64,000 nt of DNA from Dipteris shenzhenensis. Taxonomy: Eukaryota. Positions 24,462 through 39,400 of the stretch are shown in pieces. A model generated the notes under the pieces. It saw only the letters and a list, made by a program, of their open reading frames with translations. It made no database searches and was not told where the DNA came from. The position numbers were made by a program, and so were the translations under genes. Within the stretch, counting starts at the first letter, position 1; the number at the start of each line of letters is the position of its first letter. Location of the stretch: assembly GCA_047967505.1 (NCBI GenBank), contig CM106538.1. One strand, given 5' to 3'.

Positions 24462-27400
24462 GAGAGAGGGGGGAGGTTGTCAGTGTCTTCAGAAGGCCAA
24501 AATGTCGCGGATGCCTTAATCAAGACTCCTGGGATTTATGATACCTTTGGGTCACGGTTTATTTGATCCTTGTGGGATTTTCCTATTGTGTCCTTGAAAA
24601 ATGGAGAAAGAAAGAAAGAAAGAAAGAAAGTTTATAGAAGTCTTTGAAAGACCATAGGGTCTATGAGACTTCATCATCACTCTACAATGAATATAACATA
24701 ATCAAATCACATCAGATTATGAGTGGTGTGGTGTGAACACACCCTCGGGGCACGTTTCCCTCTAGTTAGGAGATTGTTCTCCCTAGGGTTGGTATTAGGG
24801 TTCGCTTCTTTGTAGAGGATATCTTCTTAAGGGGGAGAAAATGTTACATCAATATTAGGTTAGATAATTAGGAATTAAAGACAATGGTCTTTGCTGGTTA
24901 GGCCTAAGTGGCTTAAGGGGCTCATAGTGCCCAAATAGGACATGTAGCATTGTTAGTATAACTAGATGTGTCTTCTAAGATACATTAGGTAAGTGGCCAT
25001 TGGACTTAGGGGTGGCAGATGGTACACCTAGTATGTTCTAGTAGTTGCTAGGACCCAAGTGAACTGCTGAGGCAACTTTTAGGTCATCTATTCCTATGCT
25101 TGTTGTGTGAACATGAAATCCTCCCCCATAAAAAACCGCAGAGACACTCTCATTTCTCTCCCTCTATCCCTCTCTCAACAGAGACACTAGGGCCGAGGAC
25201 AATCGTTCGGCTGGACCCCCCGAAGGTTTTTATTACTTGAGAGAAAACTGAGTACAAGAGTTCAGCGTGGAAGCTGTTCATACAAAAAATCCAAACGTGA
25301 ATAAATATTACATGAGCTCTAAGGCTCCCCTTCTTGGCAACAAGCCACTTGTCAATTTCTACATTACTTTCCTAATTACATGCCACTAAGGGCAACTCTG
25401 GAGTCTTTGAAGCACTTGGTCACGCGAATCGCCTCCTAGACTCTTGTTAGGCTCCCGTGGCGCTTAGGAAAATAACTCTTCCTAGTACCTACAACAATTA
25501 ATTAAAGCGCACCTACCATGGTACCTATTAATTGTTAGCGCTTTGCATGCAAATAACACACTGTGGACTAATTCTAGTCACGGTGGGCATCCCCACTGAA
25601 CACATGTGCACACATAACAAGTGTAAAAATACATGTTTATTCTCGAGTTGACGAAAGTCAACACTCTTGATCATAATTAAGGGCTTTGACCAAGGGTCGA
25701 GGCGCCTTAATTATAGTCAAGTCTCTCCAACCGAAGTTGGCACATCTTGGTTAATTGTAGTTAACCCTCTTGGCGCATGCCAAGTCTCGTTGGCTGAAGT
25801 CAACACTCTCTGACTGTGGTCAGCTCTGTGGTTCTTTGGTTAACTGCAGTTAACCCTCTTGGTAATAAACCAAGTCTTCCCGACTGATGTCAGGTTTATT
25901 GACCAGAGTCATATATCTTTGACCGTAGTCAATTCTTTGACCATAATTAAGACGGATAAAAACTCTTTAATTATGATCATATAAATGGTCAACTGTACTT
26001 TGACTTAGGATATTTACATTGTGGTGACATCCCCTCGGCTTCTATTCAGTTGACCTCAATTGAAAAGCTTCCTTGTAAACATCCAAAAGCTGTGGATGAT
26101 CGGATAACATGTTTTCATCCATCCACTTGGCATCTAATGCCGTATAATTCTTGAATTTTACAAGATACCTGTAAAACTCCTTGCCCTGAGGGCCTTTGCG
26201 TACAGTATGGTACACAATCTGCTCTGGCGGAAGGACCTCCTCCAGCTCATCCACTTCTGGCGGATCCTCTAATACTAGCTCTGTAGGCTCTGGCCCTTGA
26301 AATTTCTTCAGAAGACTCACATGGAATACATTGTGAATCCTCCAATGCTCTGGCAATGCCAACCTGTATGCAACTTCATTTATTCTTTCTATAACCCTGA
26401 AAGGGCCATAATACTTGGAAGATAACTTTGCATACACTTTTTGTTTGCCTTTAAACTTGTGGAGCCTAGCTTTCTCGAACTTTAAAAGTACCCAATCCCC
26501 TTCCTTGTAGAATTTGCTACTTCACTTTGACCATCTGTCTGGGGATGGAAAGACGAAGATAAATTCAAATTCGTCCCCATGTTATTAAATAAAGCTCTTT
26601 AGAATAGACTGGTCATTCTGGGATCTCGATCACTGACAATGGACTTAGGCATACCATGGTACTTAAAAATCTGCGCCATGAAAAGCTTAGCCATATGATC
26701 TGCCTTTATGGTTTTGCGAACCGGAATGAAATGAGCTTGCTTGCTGAATCTATCAATGATAGTCCAAATGCCATCATTCCTGACTTTGATCTTGGCAAAT
26801 AAAAAATGAAGTCCATTGTAATTGATGTATATCTTTCCGTATCCTAGTGCTAGAACTGTTGCTGTAATTCCTCTATGTCCAGCATAGGGAGGTGCATGGC
26901 ATTCCCCCAAAATCTTTTTCCTCATCTCTTGGGTGATGCATAGGCAGTCATCTTTCATTAGATACCCATCTTTCAGGGAATAGTGATTGGTGGACTGCCC
27001 CTCTTGCATTTGCTGTAAAATCTCACCAAAATCTGCATCATTAGCATATTGCTCCCTCATGCCTTCTAGGTCCTGATGATAAGCAATAGTCACATTGTTG
27101 ACCTGGGGTCTTCGGGACAAGGCATTTGCCACTCTGTTCCGAATTCCTGGGGTATGCACAATCTGAAAATGATACATTGACAGCATACTTGCCCATTTCA
27201 TATGCTTCTCAGAAAGCTTTGTCTGAGTTAGAAAATATCTCAGACTTTGGTGATCTATTTTAACAGTAAAATGTGCACCCAAAAGATAATGCTTCCATGT
27301 GTTCACAGCATGAACTACAGCCAACAATTCTTTTTCATAGATTCCCAGATATCTTTCAGCATCACGCAATCTTCGGCTCTCGTATGCTACTACATGTCCA

Positions 27401-30400
27401 TTCTGATGTAATGCAGCCCCAACACACTCTCCACAAGCATCGCAATCAACATCAAAAGGTAGATAAAGATTCGGGACTACAAGAATAGGCTCTGTAGTCA
27501 ACTTCTCCTTGAGTGTATTGAATGCTTTCTTCTGTGATATTCCCCATGTAAAGGCTGCATTTTTCTTAGTAAGGTCATGTAATGGAGCTGCGATATCAGC
27601 AAAATGCCTGATGAATCTCGTGTAATAGGAGCAAGGTCCCAAAAAACTACGGACTTCATGCACAGTTTTCAACTCAGGCCATTCTTGTATGGCTCGGATC
27701 TTTGCAAGATCCATCTGTATCCCATTCTTGGATATTATATGCCCCAGATAATGGATCTCTTCCAAAAAGAATTCACTTTTCTTGCTATTGGCAAAAAGCT
27801 GATGATTTCGAAGTTCTTGAAATACGAAAGCAAGATGTTCCCTGTGCTCTTCTTCTGTCTTTGAAAAGACTAGGATATCATCAAAGAGAGTACCCGTGAA
27901 ATGCCTGTACTTTCAGAAGATGCGATCCATCATTCTATTGAATGTGGCTGGAGAGTTTGTCAACCCAAAAGGCCCCAAAAGGCATCACTAAGTATTCATA
28001 CAACCCGAATGTAGTGCGAAAAGCTGTCTTATGTACATCTTGTGGTTGTATTCTGACTTGATGATAGCAACTCTTCAAGTCTATCTTGCTGAAAACTTTT
28101 GCTCCTCTAAGCTGGTCAAGCACATCATCTATGCATGGTATCGGAAATCTATTTTTGATGGTCATCTTATTCAATGCACGATAATCAATGCTCATTCGAA
28201 AAGAACCATCTTTCCTCTGTACTAGTAGTAATGGTGAGCAAAAAGGAGACGAGCTGGGCTGAATCAATCCTTTGGACAGCAAGTCCTGCACCTGAGTCAT
28301 AGTCTCCTCTCTCTGAGTCGCATTGACTCTATAAGGTGGTCTATTTGGTGGCTCACTACCAAGCATTAACTCTATCTGATGATCCTTTGGTCTCTCTGGG
28401 GGTAACTCCCCTGGCAAAGCATTAGAAAAGCAATCTTTAAAGTTTACAAGAAACTGAAATTTATCTTTGTCTGCATCATTCATTTCAGCATGCATATCAT
28501 TCTCTTTTTCTTTCACAAAAACCATGTACGCGGAAATTGCAGATTTTATTGCTTTACCACATGTAACATCAGATACAATGGGGATAGTCTCCCCTTTATT
28601 CTTGGCAACTAAACGCTGGTTTTTCCCCCTATGGATAAAACTCAGCACCCTCTCAGGGTATTCTATTGTTACTTTCTTTCGATGGAACCACGGTGTACCA
28701 AGTACAACATCATGCTGCTTGAGAGGAGAGATTAAGAAGTCCTCCTAATCTACATAGCTCTGCACATGGACACGAAGCTTTCCAATCAAAGGAGTAACTT
28801 GCACTGGATTCCCTTGGAACATTTGATCAGCATCAAGAGCTCTGCCTAGCTCTTCAGTTTTTATCCCTAATCTCAGGGCTAATTCTTCATATATGATATT
28901 GTCTGTAGACCTTGGATCAAATAGGATTAATGCTTGCTGATCTCTTATCTTTCCCCATGATAGCAAAAGCTCTTTTTCCTTTGGGTCTGAGGTACTCCCC
29001 AAAACATCTGGGATTGCTCCCACCATTGGCCTCGGTGGTACTTGTGGCTTTTTTTGCTCCTTAGAACCCGAAGGCTTCTCAGGGCACTGGGCAGCTATAT
29101 GCCCCTCTTTCCCACATTTAAAGCATTTCCCATCTCTGCGAAATTCAGCTATCTGTTCAGGAGTGAATGAGGATTTGCCTTTATATGACTTTGAAAATTG
29201 AGTACCCCTCGGCTTTTGAGGGTGAAACCCTTTCTTTTCTACCTTGGGATACTCTCTCTTTTTTGATTTTGAAAAATCAGCTTTCTTTCTTTGAGCACGT
29301 CCTGCATGCAAGGATAGTACTGTGGATGGATCTTGTAACGGCACAAGACTAGCTACTGAAGCTGAATGCATAAGGTCTTGAATGTTCTTTGTTCCCAAAG
29401 CATTCTCTACTGTCTGAATTCTTGGACTGAGACCTGCTCTATACTTTCTCATTTGGGTTTCTTTGGAGATCTTTTTGAAAGGTGCAACCTGCAAATAAGC
29501 ATCCCAAAACTTTTGATTGTACACATCCACTGTATCTCGTGCATCCATATGACAAACTGTCCCAATCTTGAAGAACATGATCTCTAAACTGTTTAGGCAT
29601 AAACTGTTGGTAGAAGGCTTTCCTGAAGTCCTTCCACCTCTTTGGGGCTGACCCATCTGTGGTCTGTGCACTCCACCATGCACTAGCTGTAGCTGTCAAG
29701 TACAAACTGACCATTCTTAACTTGGAGGATTTTGAAAACTTTTCTGTACCGAATGCAGCATCAAACTGCCTGATGAACTGCAATGCTTTGTCTGTATGAC
29801 CATATTGTCCATTATAGGTCATAAACTTGACAGATTTACCTCCCTCTTTGAATTCCTTGGTCTCTCTGGAAGACTTACTCTTCCTAGACTTCTTGTGTTT
29901 CCTTCTTTTCCTGGATGGTTTATCTGATAAAGAAGAAGATACAGAAGTCGAGCTCAAGGTAGACGGTGAAGGACTGGGAGATTGGTGATGATGCCTCGAT
30001 CTCTTCCTGCTATGAGACCGTCCCCTATGAGATCTCCCTTTCTCTGGCTGTACACGAGAGTGTGCCTCTGGCATTGGCACATCATACGCAGCATTAGGCA
30101 TAGCTTCTGCTTGAAACAAATGCTGAGCTCTTGGATTCTTTCTGAGATTTTCCATCTCTTGCATACGAGTGCATACCATCTGCTTAAATTCTTGCTGAGT
30201 TTGTTGCACACTTCTCTGTCTTGGATGTGCATCCCTATCCTGTGAATCCCACTGGATAGGTGATTGAGCCATTTTCTTGCAACTCGTCTGAGATCTGCAA
30301 GTTTCTCACACACACTGTGTATGCAACTAATGCACGTTGCCTTTGCTTTTCAAAAAGAAAAATTACCTCAACAAGAGGTGTCTTGCATTCACAACTTGTG

Positions 30401-33400
30401 CCAGTACCGGGCTGCCGTCAACTCAAGGCATATACCCACAAAGTTGCCAAGGCATCAACAACTATATTGTCCCTTTTCTGGCTACTGCAAAAAGCACTGA
30501 GTATGCATCTGATTCCCTTTTCCTGAGCACACAGGCATGCATCCCTTTACTTGTCCAAATCTCTGATTTTTCTCTGGTTTCTGCTTTTTCTGACAGTAAA
30601 TGCTTTCTCAGATAGGTGAAAACTGTTAGCAGAAACAGTCCTTGCAACTTTTTTTTTTCTTGGGGGGGGACAGTAACCAGATGGGTAACTACTGGTTACT
30701 CTAACCAGACTGACTGGTTCTGGTCTGGTTAGTCTGTGACTGGATAGTTACTGTCTGGTCAAACTGACCAGACTGGTTCTGTTATGGTCTGGTTTGGTTG
30801 GGCCAGCTAACTGGACCTCTGACCAAAGTCCAGCTAGCTAGAGTTACACTAACCACGGGTTAGCCACCTGTCTGCCACGTGTCAGTGCCATGTCAGCATC
30901 TGAGCTGGCTGCCACATGTACTGCCACATCACCTGAGTACTTCGCCACCTGGCTGCCACGTGTACTACCACGTCAGCACCACACGTGTGTGCACCACGTC
31001 ATTTGCTGAACTGCCACGTCATCTGTTGCCTGGCTAGGTGCCACATCTGAGAGGGGGAAGAGAGGTGGAAAGGGAGCAAGAGAGTGAGAGTGAGAGAGAG
31101 AGACAATAGTGCGGGTGTGAAGTGTTGAGTGAGCCACACCACAAACTCACTTAAGTTTTATTAGGATTAGGTTTACCCTATGACTGTCTTAAGACAGTCA
31201 TAGGTGTCCTAACTTTAATTCTTTAATATAAGGGTAGGCAATGTGCCTTTACCCCAACAACCTCCCACCTAAAGGCCAATGTGCCTAAAGGGGAGAAAAG
31301 AATAAAAATACAGCAATATACAGTTACTGTATACAAGACCATAAAGTAAGAATGGTCTCATCCTAATCCCATGATGTGGCGGCAATGTGCAAACCGCTCT
31401 GTAGGCAAGCTCTTAGTGAGCAAATCTGCAGGATTATCATCAGTATGTACTTTCACAAGCTCAAGACGCTTGTCTTCCAGTACCTCCCTGATAAAATGAT
31501 ATTTCACTTCTATGTGCTTGGTCTTCTGATGAAAAACCGGATTCTTTGCCAACATGATAGCACTCTGACTATCACAATGCAAAACTGGCATATCTCCTGT
31601 AATGCCCAAATCTTTCACCAGCCGAGTAAGCCATATTGCTTCCTTGCAAGCCTCAGTGGCTGCAACATATTCAGCTTCTGTGGTTGATAGTGCAACGCAT
31701 TTCTGCAACCGTGACACCCATGATATAGCACCTCCTGCAAATGTAAAAATATAACCGGTAGTAGACTTCCGGTTATCTGCATTGCCTGCATAGTCTGAAT
31801 CTGTAAAACCATGCACCAAAGCATCCTGCCTACCATAGCATATGCACAAGTCTTTGGTACCTTTGAGATACCTCAAGACACCTTTCACTGCTTCCCAATG
31901 CCGCTTGCCTGGATTTGCCATATACCTGCTGATAACTCCCACCGCAAAAGCAATATCCGGACGAGTGGCAACCATGGCATACATCAAAGATCCAACTGCA
32001 GATGCATACGGAACCTTGGCCATTTCAGCCTTATCATCATCTGATCTGGGGCTGTCCTTACTGCTGAGTTTTAAATGTGGAGGCAACGGGGTACTAATGG
32101 ACTTCCCCCCCTCCATTTTAAACCTCTGCAGTACTTTGTCAATGTACTCTTTCTGTGACAGAAACAAAAGTCCCTTGGACCTGTCACGAGTAATACGCAT
32201 GCCAAGAATATGATTTGCATCACCCAAGTCTTTCATGTCAAAAGACTGATGCAGTTGTTTCTTCAAAGCACTAATCTCATGCTGAGATTTACTGGCAATA
32301 AGCATGTCATCCACATATAGAATGAGTAGCATCAAACTGCCATCCGTTGCCCGTTTGGTGTACAAGCAATGATCGGTCTCACACCTATGATACCCTTGGG
32401 ACTGCATGAATGCATCAAACTTCTTGTACCATTCTCTTGGTGCCTGCTTGAGTCCATACAAGCTCCTTTTGAGCTTACACACAAGCTGCTCTTTCCCTTT
32501 AACAGCATATCCCTCTGGCTGACTCATATAGATCTCATCATGGAGATCTCCGTGAAGAAAAGCTGTCTTCACATCCATCTGACATAAATTCATGTCAGCA
32601 TGAGCAACAAGAGCCAACACTGCTCGCAAAGTAGTCATCTTGACTACAGGGGAAAAGATCTCATCAAAGTCAATGCCCTTCTCCTGCTTGAAGCCCTTGG
32701 CAACCAATCTGGCCTTATACCGAGGTAAATCATTTGAATCCACTTTGACTTTGTAAACCCACTTGCATGGCAAAACTTTTCTGCCTGCAGGTAACTGCAC
32801 CAAGTCCCATGTATCATTCTGAAGTAGAGAGTCCATTTCTGACTGCATGGCTTTCTCCCACTTCTTTTTCTCTGTTCTTCCCATAGCTTCCTTGAAGCTG
32901 GAAGGCTCACCACAATCTGTCAGCATGATAAAATCAGCCACATTATTGGCTCCTGGAACAAACCTGACAGGAGGCCGTTGTGCACGGGTGCTCCTCCTAA
33001 CAAACTGTTCCGGATTAGGCTGCTGTCCAGCCTGGTCTTCATGCATAACAGGTGGCTGTACCACCGTATCTGGCTGTTCTACAGCCCCATCAGTTGGCAC
33101 ATCCAGTGGTGCATCATTGGCAAAATTATCTGGCTGATTTTCAGCCTGTATACCCTCTTGAACAGGGTGATCTGCAGCAGGCTGCTGCTGCATATAAATG
33201 GGCATTCTTTGCTGTCCAACATCATCATAAATAACCCTCCTGTATTCCACAGGTTGCACGGGTTCCTTGTGTACACTATCTTCTTTAAAGATGACATCAT
33301 TGTTGCGTATAATCTTCCGTTTAACGGGATCCCATAACCTGTACCCCATTTCACCTTCATCACCATATCCCATAAAGATGCATCTGATAGACTTTGGATC

Positions 33401-36400
33401 CAGTTTGGTGCGTAGATCTTTGCGTACATGAGCAAAGCACTCGCAGCCAAAGACCCGTAAGTGCTTATATGAGGGTGGCTTGCCAGACCACACCTCCTCT
33501 GGCACTTTCAACTCCAAAGCCTTATTTGGTGACCTGTTAATAATGTGAATTGCTGTTTGCACGGCTTCTGCCCAAAAGCCATGGGGTAATGCAGCATAAG
33601 ACAACATACATCGAACCTTCTCCTGAATAGTTCGATTCATCCGCTCACTGGCACCATTTTGAGATGCATTATGAGGAGCTGTGAGTTCCTGTTTGATGCC
33701 CTTAGCTTGGCAAAACTGCACAAAAGCATGTGACACATACTCACCCCCATTATCGGATCTTAGGCATTTCAGCCTACGACCTGTCCGATTTTCAACCTGA
33801 GCGACAAATCTCTTGAAAGCATTTAGGGCATCTCCCTTATGCTTCAAGAAATATACCCACACCTTACGTGTGGCATCATCAATGAAAGTAATAAAATATT
33901 TGGCACCCCCTAGTGATAACTGTGGCATCTCACACAAATCAGTGTGCACTAGATCAAGTGGTGCTCTATTTTGGGGAGTTCTCCTCTTATGAGGAGTCAC
34001 AGAATGCTTGCCAAAAATACAATGATCACAAGTAGGCAAATCTGAAAAAGAGAGAGGCGGCAGATAACCCAAACGTGACAGTTCTTGCATTCCCATAACA
34101 GACATGTGTCCCAACCGGCTATGCCACAATGAAACCTTTGGCAGCTCGGTTATGGCAACAACATGATTACCCACACTGGAAACATAAAGAGGGTACAAGG
34201 TATCACTCTTAAAACCCTCAGCCACTACTGTCTGGCCATCAGTAATCACCCATTTGGAATCCCCAAATGTGGTGTGGTAACCACTGTCATCTAATAAGCC
34301 AGTGCTAATCAGATTTTTCTTGATTTCCGGCACATGGCGAACACCATCAAGCATAAATGACTGTCCATCAGGAAATACTATCTTTATACTGCCAATCCCT
34401 GCAATCTGACATGCATAGTTGTTCCCAAGATGAACAACTCCATGAGTACCTGTGTAGGAGGTAAACCACTCCCTATGAGGTGTAACATGAAAAGAGGCAC
34501 CTGAATCCAAGAGCCAGGTGTGCATGTCATGGCCATCAATAACCAAAGCATGTGCTATTACAGCAGAAGAGCATAAAACATCATGTATGTCACTGTCACT
34601 GTCCTCTGCTGCAACATTCACTGCATCCAATTCAACTATCTTGGCCTTGCCTTTGCCTTTGCTTGCATTTCCTGCATCTTGTGTTTCAGCCTTCTTGGCT
34701 TTCTGATCCCGTATGAACTTGAAGCACTTCGACTTCACATGTCCCTTCTTGCCACAATAAAAGCATTCAATGTCCTTTTTGCCACGGGACTGACTGCGGG
34801 ATCTGGACTTACTAGCAGATCTCCCCTTCTGCTGAGTCCTGCCTCTATCCTGTACCTGCAAAGCATTTGAAGACTTGCTGCCCGCATTATTCTTCCTGCT
34901 CATCTCCTCCATAAGGAGAGAGCTCTCTACATCAGCATAAATAAGAGTGGCATTTGAGTTTGACAGGGTGGTCTTGAAAGTGTCCCAACTCTCAGGGAGG
35001 GTACACAACAAGAAAGTGGCCTTGAACTCCTCATCAAGATTCAACCCCTGTGCAATCAGCTGTGTAAAGATAGCATTGAACTCACTCAAGTGTGAGGTCA
35101 TAGCTGTACCTTCCTTCATGCGAAGATCGACCAGCTTCTTCAGCCAATAAACCTTACTGGCTGAGCTCTTTTGGGCATACAATTCCTCTAGTCTCTGCCA
35201 TAGACCATAAGAGGTCTTTTCAGCCTGTACATTGAACACAAGAGTGTCTGAAATAGTAAGCATAATAGCTGCCCTCGCAGACAAATCAAGCTCTTCCCAA
35301 TCATCAGCTGCCATATCAGATGGCTTGACACCCTTTACCCTTATGGGCTTAGCAATCTTCTTTAACAGAAGAACATTCAAGCACTGTTCTGCCCATAATG
35401 CATAGTTATGTGCTCCTTCCAGTTTCTTTATGTTCAGAATTGAAGAATCACCTCCTCCTGATGCCATATCAGATGAGGAAAATACCTGACTCCCTGGAAG
35501 TAAAAAAGACTGAATAATAAAGTTCTGATTTCTCAGAAAAGCCTGCTCTATTCAAGAGCCAGTAGCACTCTCAAAAGTGCTGTTTTTACTGTTAGTAAAA
35601 TCTGCAGCAAAACAGTAAATGTCCCTGCAAGTACTGTACCTTCTGACAAACTGTTCTGTGCTCAAAGAGGCATAAAAAACAGTAATTTCAGACTGCTGCT
35701 GCTGCTCAACAAGAGCTTAACAGTGCATAATTATCTGACAAAACCACTCAGACTGCTGTAAACACTGCTGTACTGACTGTACTGATCACTTCTCCCACCT
35801 CAGATGAGGTATGTCACTGTCTCAAATTGCAGAAAATACTTGACTGACACCCCAAAAACAGTAAATGACTCTTCAGCCTGTCACACAAAACCTGCAACAG
35901 GAAATGGGATAAATCCCAAGCAATCACCCTTATACCAAGGGGAGAAAATGCATCTGAAGATCTCTGTTGGTAACCCAAGTGCAATCAAACAAAGTCTGGG
36001 CAAAAGCCCCTTGATCTGACACCTGAATCAAGTGGAGGACACCTCAACAATGAGGTAGCATGCAATATGAAAATCTCTCTGACTCTTGTACCTGACAATG
36101 TGCAAAGCATAGACTGCCTCTGTGTACTCAGTAACAACACAAACCACAAAGTACAAACACCCAGAAGAAAATCTTTTGAGCACTGTCAACGATGGGCAGT
36201 TAGGGACCGAGTAAACTCGATGCGCCCTGACCAAGCGTGGCTCAACTGAGATTTTCAGAGTGTGTACAAAGAATGTGACCTGCAACAAATGTCACCAAAT
36301 GCACTGCGGAAATAAAGCAAATGTGTGCTCCCTGGCTACACACTGCCTCAAGGCATAGACTGCAAACACATCTAGGCAAAAGCCCTTTGATAATTTCACT

Positions 36401-39400
36401 CAAAACTGAGATTTTTCCTCAGTAAATGCATAGAAGCTCCGGCTGTCCTGCTGTACTTCTGTCCTTGCAGCAGGTACATGTTCCCCCAAAAAAAAAGAAT
36501 TTCGACTTGCTGTAGGCACACTTCCCAAGAAAAAAAAACGAGGCTCTGCCTGGCTCCCTACGCGCACACATGCACGTCGAAGGAGATCCAGCTTCCTGGG
36601 TGAAGAACTGTCGTCCGTACAGTTGTACGGCAGTCCGTACGACTGTACGGACAGCCCGTACGGTTGTAGTAGGACTAGCTGCACACAGCAGCTAGACAGC
36701 TGCAGATGCAGCGTCGCGGTGTACAGCAGCTGCTGTACAGCTGTAGCAGTTCGCCCTAGCTGCGAAATGCGCCGCCGCCACCCGTGAAGCCCTAGCTGCG
36801 AAGTGCGCCGCCGCCACCTGTGAAGCCCTCGAAAATGCGCCGCTCTGATGCCCTAGCTGCTCGCCGCCGCCTTGGACTGCTCCCGCGCCATCGACTGCTG
36901 CGCCGCCGTGATGCTCTGACAATGCCCGTGCAGATCTGGCCGCCCTGGAGTTCGCGACCGCCGTACGGCTCTGCGCCCTGGTCCGCCTGGTCCGTACGGT
37001 CGTACGGACGAAGTACGGCAGTACGGAACTGTCCGTACGTCCGTACGGTACGGGTTAGGTCGAGGTAGAGGGGGCTGGGTAGGGAAGAGGGGAGCTAAGT
37101 AGGCTCTGATACCAGTTGAGAGGGGGAAGAGAGGTGGAAAGGGAGCAAGAGAGTGAGAGTGAGAGAGAGACACAATAGTGCGGGTGTGAAGTGTTGAGTG
37201 AGCCACACCACAAACTCACTTAAGTTTTATTAGGATTAGGTTTACCCTATGACTGTCTTAAGACAGTCATAGGTGTCCTAACTTTAATTCTTTAATATAA
37301 GGGTAGGCAATGTGCCTTTACCCCAACAACATCAGCACAATACACGTCTGCCATGTCACGAAAGCTACGTCACCCTAAGGTTGAACCTTGGATGAAAACG
37401 GGTGACAAAAACTCTATACAACAATCACGCGCCGTCGCGTTCACGGGCTGGTGGTCTACTCTATTGTTCTCGAAGCGCCCACTGCAAGGGATAAAAGAAA
37501 GTTGTTCAAAGCAGATGCAGCTTCGTCCGTTTACGCTTCATCAGTGCCTTTCTGATAGCATTTGTTGGTTGTGCAATCTGCGAAGAGTAGTCTTCGGAGG
37601 CATAGTTGTAGCATGGCATCAACGCTGCACGTCAGGTGAGTTCTATGCCACGGAATCACAAAGAGAGATGGTTTTGGGGCTAGCTTGCTTGGTTGGGTCT
37701 ACGCAGGTGCACTGCTTGCATGAGCGCCTACATATACAGACCAACTCACCACACTTGTGCGGCAAAAAATTATTTTGTCAAAGCCCTGTTCCGCCATACT
37801 ATCAGAAGTCCGTGTATCCTCTTTACGGATACTTTACGCTCAAGATTGTCATCTCCAAGGAAATAGATGAATCCGGCTTTGATACCAATGAAATCCTTCC
37901 GTAAAAAACTGCAGAGACACTCTCATTTCTCTCCCTCTTTCCCTCTCTCAACAGAGACACTAGGGCCCAGGACAATCGTCGGGCTAGACCCCCCCGAAGG
38001 TTTTGATTACTTGAGAGAAAACTGAGTACAAGAGTTCAGCGTGGAAGCTGTTCATACAAAAAATCCAAACGTGAATAAGTATTACATGAGCTCTAAGGCT
38101 CCCCTTCTTGGCAACAAGCCACTTGTCAATTTCTACATTACTTTCCTAATTACATGCCACTAAGGGCAACTCTAGAGTCTTCGAAGCACTTGGTCACGCG
38201 AACCGCCTCCTAGACTCTTGTTAGGCTCCCGTGGCGCTTAGGAAAATAACTCTTCCTAGTACCTGCAACAATTAATTAAAGCGCACCACCATGGTACCCA
38301 TTAATTGTTAGTGCTTTGCATGCAAATAACACACTGTGGACTAATTCTAGTCACGGTGGGTGTCCCCACTGAACACATGTACACACATAACAAATATAAA
38401 AATATATATTTATTCTCGGGTTAACCGAAGTCAATGCTCTTGATCATAATTAAGGGCTTTGACCAAGGGTCGAGGCGCCTTAATTATAGTCAAGTCTCTC
38501 CAACCAAAGTTGGCACATCTTGGTTAACCGTAGTTAACCCTCTTGGCGCATGCCAAGTCTCGTTGACCAAAGTCAACACTCTCTGACCGTGGTCAGCTCT
38601 GTGGTTCTCTGGCAGTTAACCCTCTTGGTAATAAACCAAGTCTCCTCGACCGATGTCAGGTTTATTGACCAGAGTCAAGTGTCTTTGACCGTAGTCAATT
38701 CTTTGGCCATTAAAAGAACTTTTTGACCATAATTAAGACAGATAAAAACTCTTTAATTATGATCAGATAAATGGTCAACTGTACTTTGACTTAGGATATT
38801 TACATTGTGGTGACAGAACATGACAGGTTTGAGGTCTTATTGAGTAGACAGAGGTAGGCAGGAGCTGGGAATGAGACGCAGCTGAAGAGGGTGGCAAAGA
38901 GGCTTGAGAGGGGCAACAGGTTTAGGGACTGCTTGGAAACAGTCATGGAAGCATTATATCTTTATACTGCTTTATTTGTCATTTTCTTCTTTGTGCTGCA
39001 ACCTTTGTTTGAGCTGCTATATTCTGAAAACTTTCAACCCGCATCAGGTTAAATGGTAGATGTCCTCCCTGAAATTCATATTCATGCTATTTTCATTTCT
39101 CAGGGTTAAAGAAGAACAAGGAGCGCTATGAGGCAGAGATGGCAGAGCTAGGGTCTGCCAGGGAAATGCAGAGTAGAGAAGCTGAAGCAGCTGGAAAAAT
39201 CAGTGGACTGGAGAGAAAGATACAATATGCGGATATCGAAAAGGTACTTTCTCATGGCGCGATCAGGTGGTTAAGAAGATTTCCTGAATGGGTAGATTAG
39301 AAGTGAAGTAACTATTTGTTTCTTTTCCCTGCCAAGTCTGTGTAGGCCAGTTTTCATGCTCTTTTGACTTTTCATGGTGTAGAAAAATATTGAAGATAAG

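Larger units (their letters stand above)
25114..38815 (-). mobile_element. Full-length Ty3/gypsy chromovirus in the 14.7-kb SMC1 intron, decayed, with nested copia
   Basis: LTRs 25114-26029 and 37889-38815; TSD GAACA (25109-25113/38816-38820); PBS TGGTATCAAAGC 37876-37887; PPT next to 26030; gag CCHC, PR, RT, RH, IN and chromodomain in ORFs 26042-30272 with frameshifts and deletions. Confidence 0.95.
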
